Assembly: GCA_000992085.1 (NCBI GenBank)
Contig: LBTN01000005.1
Span: forward strand, 4,999 to 68,998
Direction of reading: 5' to 3'
DNA from: Candidatus Magasanikbacteria bacterium GW2011_GWA2_37_8
GTDB lineage: Bacteria > Patescibacteriota > Patescibacteriia > Magasanikbacterales > GWA2-37-8
Length of the DNA stretch: 64,000 bases
The notes below the pieces were generated by a model that was not told where the DNA came from, ran no database searches, and saw only the letters and a program-made list of their open reading frames with translations. The position numbers and the translations under genes were made by a program. Positions 61,830 through 64,000 of the stretch are shown in pieces. The stretch's first letter is position 1; each line of letters starts with the position of its first letter.

Positions 61830-62129
61830 GAGGAGTGTCGCGAAAAATAAAATTTATTTTATTTTTCATGACCGACGAGCGGTATTATATACCTTAGTAT
61901 ATGATACCCGCAGTGAGCGAAGAGTAAAAACAAGTTTTTGCTCTTTCGAGCGAAGGTATTATATATGGAACATATATGATACCCGCAGTGATTAACACAT
62001 AAAATTCTACCCTATTTTTAGACAAAAGTCAATACTCATCTTGACAATAATTATTGACTCCTAAAAAATAAAATGATAAAATTTATCTTATTAACCACCC
62101 TGGTTAAATTTAATTTTAACTTTTAGTAT

Positions 62130-62285
62130 ATGGTTTTCAGCCAGTCTAATCCTCCGGAAGATAATTTTGATGAGGAGGAGGAGGAGGAGGAGGAGGAAAA
62201 TAGCGATGACGAATTAGATGGAGACGAAAAATTAGGAAAAGAAAATTGGGGAGACGGAACAGAAGACGACGACAACGAATTTTAA
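62130..62285 (+). CDS. Very acidic 51-aa protein (not in ORF track)
   Basis: MVFSQSNPPEDNFDE9NSDDELDG...DDDNEF; promoter-like TTGACT..TAAAAT upstream; bidirectional terminator downstream. Confidence 0.55.
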   Translation: MVFSQSNPPEDNFDEEEEEEEEENSDDELDGDEKLGKENWGDGTEDDDNEF

Positions 62286-62331
62286 AACAAAAAAACTGCT
62301 TCGCATTTAAGCGAAGCAGTTTTTTATTAAC

Positions 62332-62901
62332 TTATTCTTTAGAAGCCCGGGCCGAATATTCACCGGTTTCAGTATTTACCAAAATCTCTTCACCTTCTTT
62401 AATAAATATTGGCGCATAAATATGTAAACCATTATCAAGCACAATTTCTTTAGTAACATTTCCCGAAGCAGAATCGCCGCGTACTGCTGGCGGAGCCTCA
62501 ACCACCTTGTATTGAATCTTTTTTGGAATTTGAATTGATACTGCACGACCTTCATACAAGCCAATTATACACTCTACCCCCTCTTTTAAATATTTTGCTT
62601 CATCACCAATAAGATCGCCACTCATTTCAATTTGTTCATAACTGCTAGTATCCATAAAAGCAAAATTCTCGCCAGCTTTATACAAATACTGCATAGTTTG
62701 AAATTGCACCTGCACAATATCTACTGATTCACTAGTTTTGTAAGTGTTTTCCATTACCTTGCCAGTAGCCAAACTTTTCATACGAGTACGTACAAACGCA
62801 GCCCCTTTGCCTGGGTTGATATGTTGAAATTCAACTACGACAAATAAATCACCATTACTTTTAATTACTACTCCCTTACGAATTTCGGATGTTGCGGCCA
62901 T
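62332..62901 (-). CDS. efp: Elongation factor P
   Basis: HINPGKGAAFVR, RGDSA, FIKEGE. Confidence 0.97.
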   Translation of the reverse strand: MAATSEIRKGVVIKSNGDLFVVVEFQHINPGKGAAFVRTRMKSLATGKVMENTYKTSESVDIVQVQFQTMQYLYKAGENFAFMDTSSYEQIEMSGDLIGDEAKYLKEGVECIIGLYEGRAVSIQIPKKIQYKVVEAPPAVRGDSASGNVTKEIVLDNGLHIYAPIFIKEGEEILVNTETGEYSARASKE

Positions 62902-62927
62902 ATGTTTAAATTTTTAATTTAAAATTT

Positions 62928-63941
62928 TTAATTTACGAGTTGATCGGCAACTGAACCAAATATTACTTCATTAATATCTTTTGCTTCAGTTAAAATCATT
63001 ACCAACCTATCTACCCCCAAAGCAATACCACCAGCACTAGGAATATTTGATAAAGATTCTATAAAATCTTTATCAACCCCAAATATTTCACGACCTAATT
63101 CTTGGCGCTTGGCTTGGTCTTGCTCCAAATTATACAACTGTTTTACTGGATTAGTCAACTCCCCAAAGGCATTGGCTAGTTCTAACCCGTTAATATATAA
63201 CTCAAACCGTTCGGCATAACGCTGGTCTTTTTGGCTAAGATTAGATAAAGAACACATTTGGGCAGGATAATCATAAACAAAAACTGGACGTTCTTTGCCT
63301 AAATGCGATTCAATTTTATTTAAAAAAACCTTGTAGAACAAATCTTCATACGCATCTTCTTCTGATACTTGATAACCACAAGATTTAACAAAATCACGCA
63401 TTTTATTAATTTCTAACAATTCATTAAAATCAACATCCACATATTTCTGCCATAATTCTTTTACGCTTATTCGATCGTAATTTGATTGCAAATTATAAAT
63501 TTTGGACAATGCTAATTTGGCATCAACAAATTTTATCAACTTTTCTGTGTCATCCATTATTTCTACCAGTGTCCCTGGTGATCGATACCATTCGAGCATG
63601 GTAAACTCGGTATTATGAGTACCACCAAATGATTCATAATCACGCCAACATTTGGCTAGTTGAAAAATTTTATCAAAACCAACAGCCAACAATTTCTTCA
63701 TCGCAAACTCTGGTGAAGTTTGTAAATAAAAACGAGCGGCTTCGCTGTTTGGGTTATGGATATCTACTGGCACTGGATTTAAATATGGTTCTTGGCCAGG
63801 AAAACGCACTGCCACTGGAGTATCGGTTTCCACAAAATTTTCTAACCAAAAAAATTCACGAATTAAACGAATAACTTTAATTCGAGTTTCGTAAATACTT
63901 TTTAGTCGGGGATTGTTTTGTAAATCTTGCCAATTGGACAT
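62928..63941 (-). CDS. epmA: EF-P lysine aminoacylase (GenX/PoxA)
   Basis: YLQTSPEFAMKKLL, HNTEFTMLEWY, AERFELY, GGIALGVDRL; adjacent to efp. Confidence 0.94.
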   Translation of the reverse strand: MSNWQDLQNNPRLKSIYETRIKVIRLIREFFWLENFVETDTPVAVRFPGQEPYLNPVPVDIHNPNSEAARFYLQTSPEFAMKKLLAVGFDKIFQLAKCWRDYESFGGTHNTEFTMLEWYRSPGTLVEIMDDTEKLIKFVDAKLALSKIYNLQSNYDRISVKELWQKYVDVDFNELLEINKMRDFVKSCGYQVSEEDAYEDLFYKVFLNKIESHLGKERPVFVYDYPAQMCSLSNLSQKDQRYAERFELYINGLELANAFGELTNPVKQLYNLEQDQAKRQELGREIFGVDKDFIESLSNIPSAGGIALGVDRLVMILTEAKDINEVIFGSVADQLVN

Positions 63942-64000
63942 GGTTGCATTTTTAATTTTTAACCAACCCTTTTAAAAAACACGACACACTATGGTAGTGC

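Noticed and set aside
61816-61990. Mini-CRISPR at tRNA-Gly
   Set aside because: The repeat is only 14 nt, equals the tRNA 5' end, and has no cas context; kept as a tRNA-mimic finding
1-64000. Genome-wide UGA recoding (code 25)
   Set aside because: Long genes are intact in code 11 and TGA terminates rpe, kamA and ruvC

Overview
AT-rich bacterial chromosome segment with code-11 genes, mostly lacking Shine-Dalgarno (SD) motifs. The gene set and style suggest Patescibacteria/CPR (inference). Housekeeping content: gatCAB, guaB, a pyrB-pyrI-pyrC-argF-pyrD-pyrK-pyrE-pyrF operon, ruvA/B/C, ileS, rpiB-rpe-trxB, rpoBC, an intein-containing class II RNR (nrdJ), efp-epmA and four tRNAs. Most interesting signals: (1) a DUF3800 (RNase H-like) gene with a convergent, separately promoted, probably pseudoknotted ~115-nt RNA; (2) an actinobacterial-type ultrashort-Stem-I ileS T-box separated from ileS by a palindromic insertion; (3) inverted heptamer repeats that flank a four-helix-bundle gene, fill pyr-operon junctions and sit in frame inside ileS and other genes; (4) a KamA + two ATP-grasp ligase operon behind a structured leader; (5) a pyr operon with an OTCase but no carAB; (6) six GC-rich, GGAGG-led cassettes, some with related 3' hairpins; (7) a 6S-like rod RNA ahead of an HNH gene and tRNA-Leu; (8) uORF+terminator leaders and tRNA-end mimics. 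Several genes show clean internal deletions or a duplication that may be assembly artefacts. All calls come from reading the sequence; no searches or folding programs were run.
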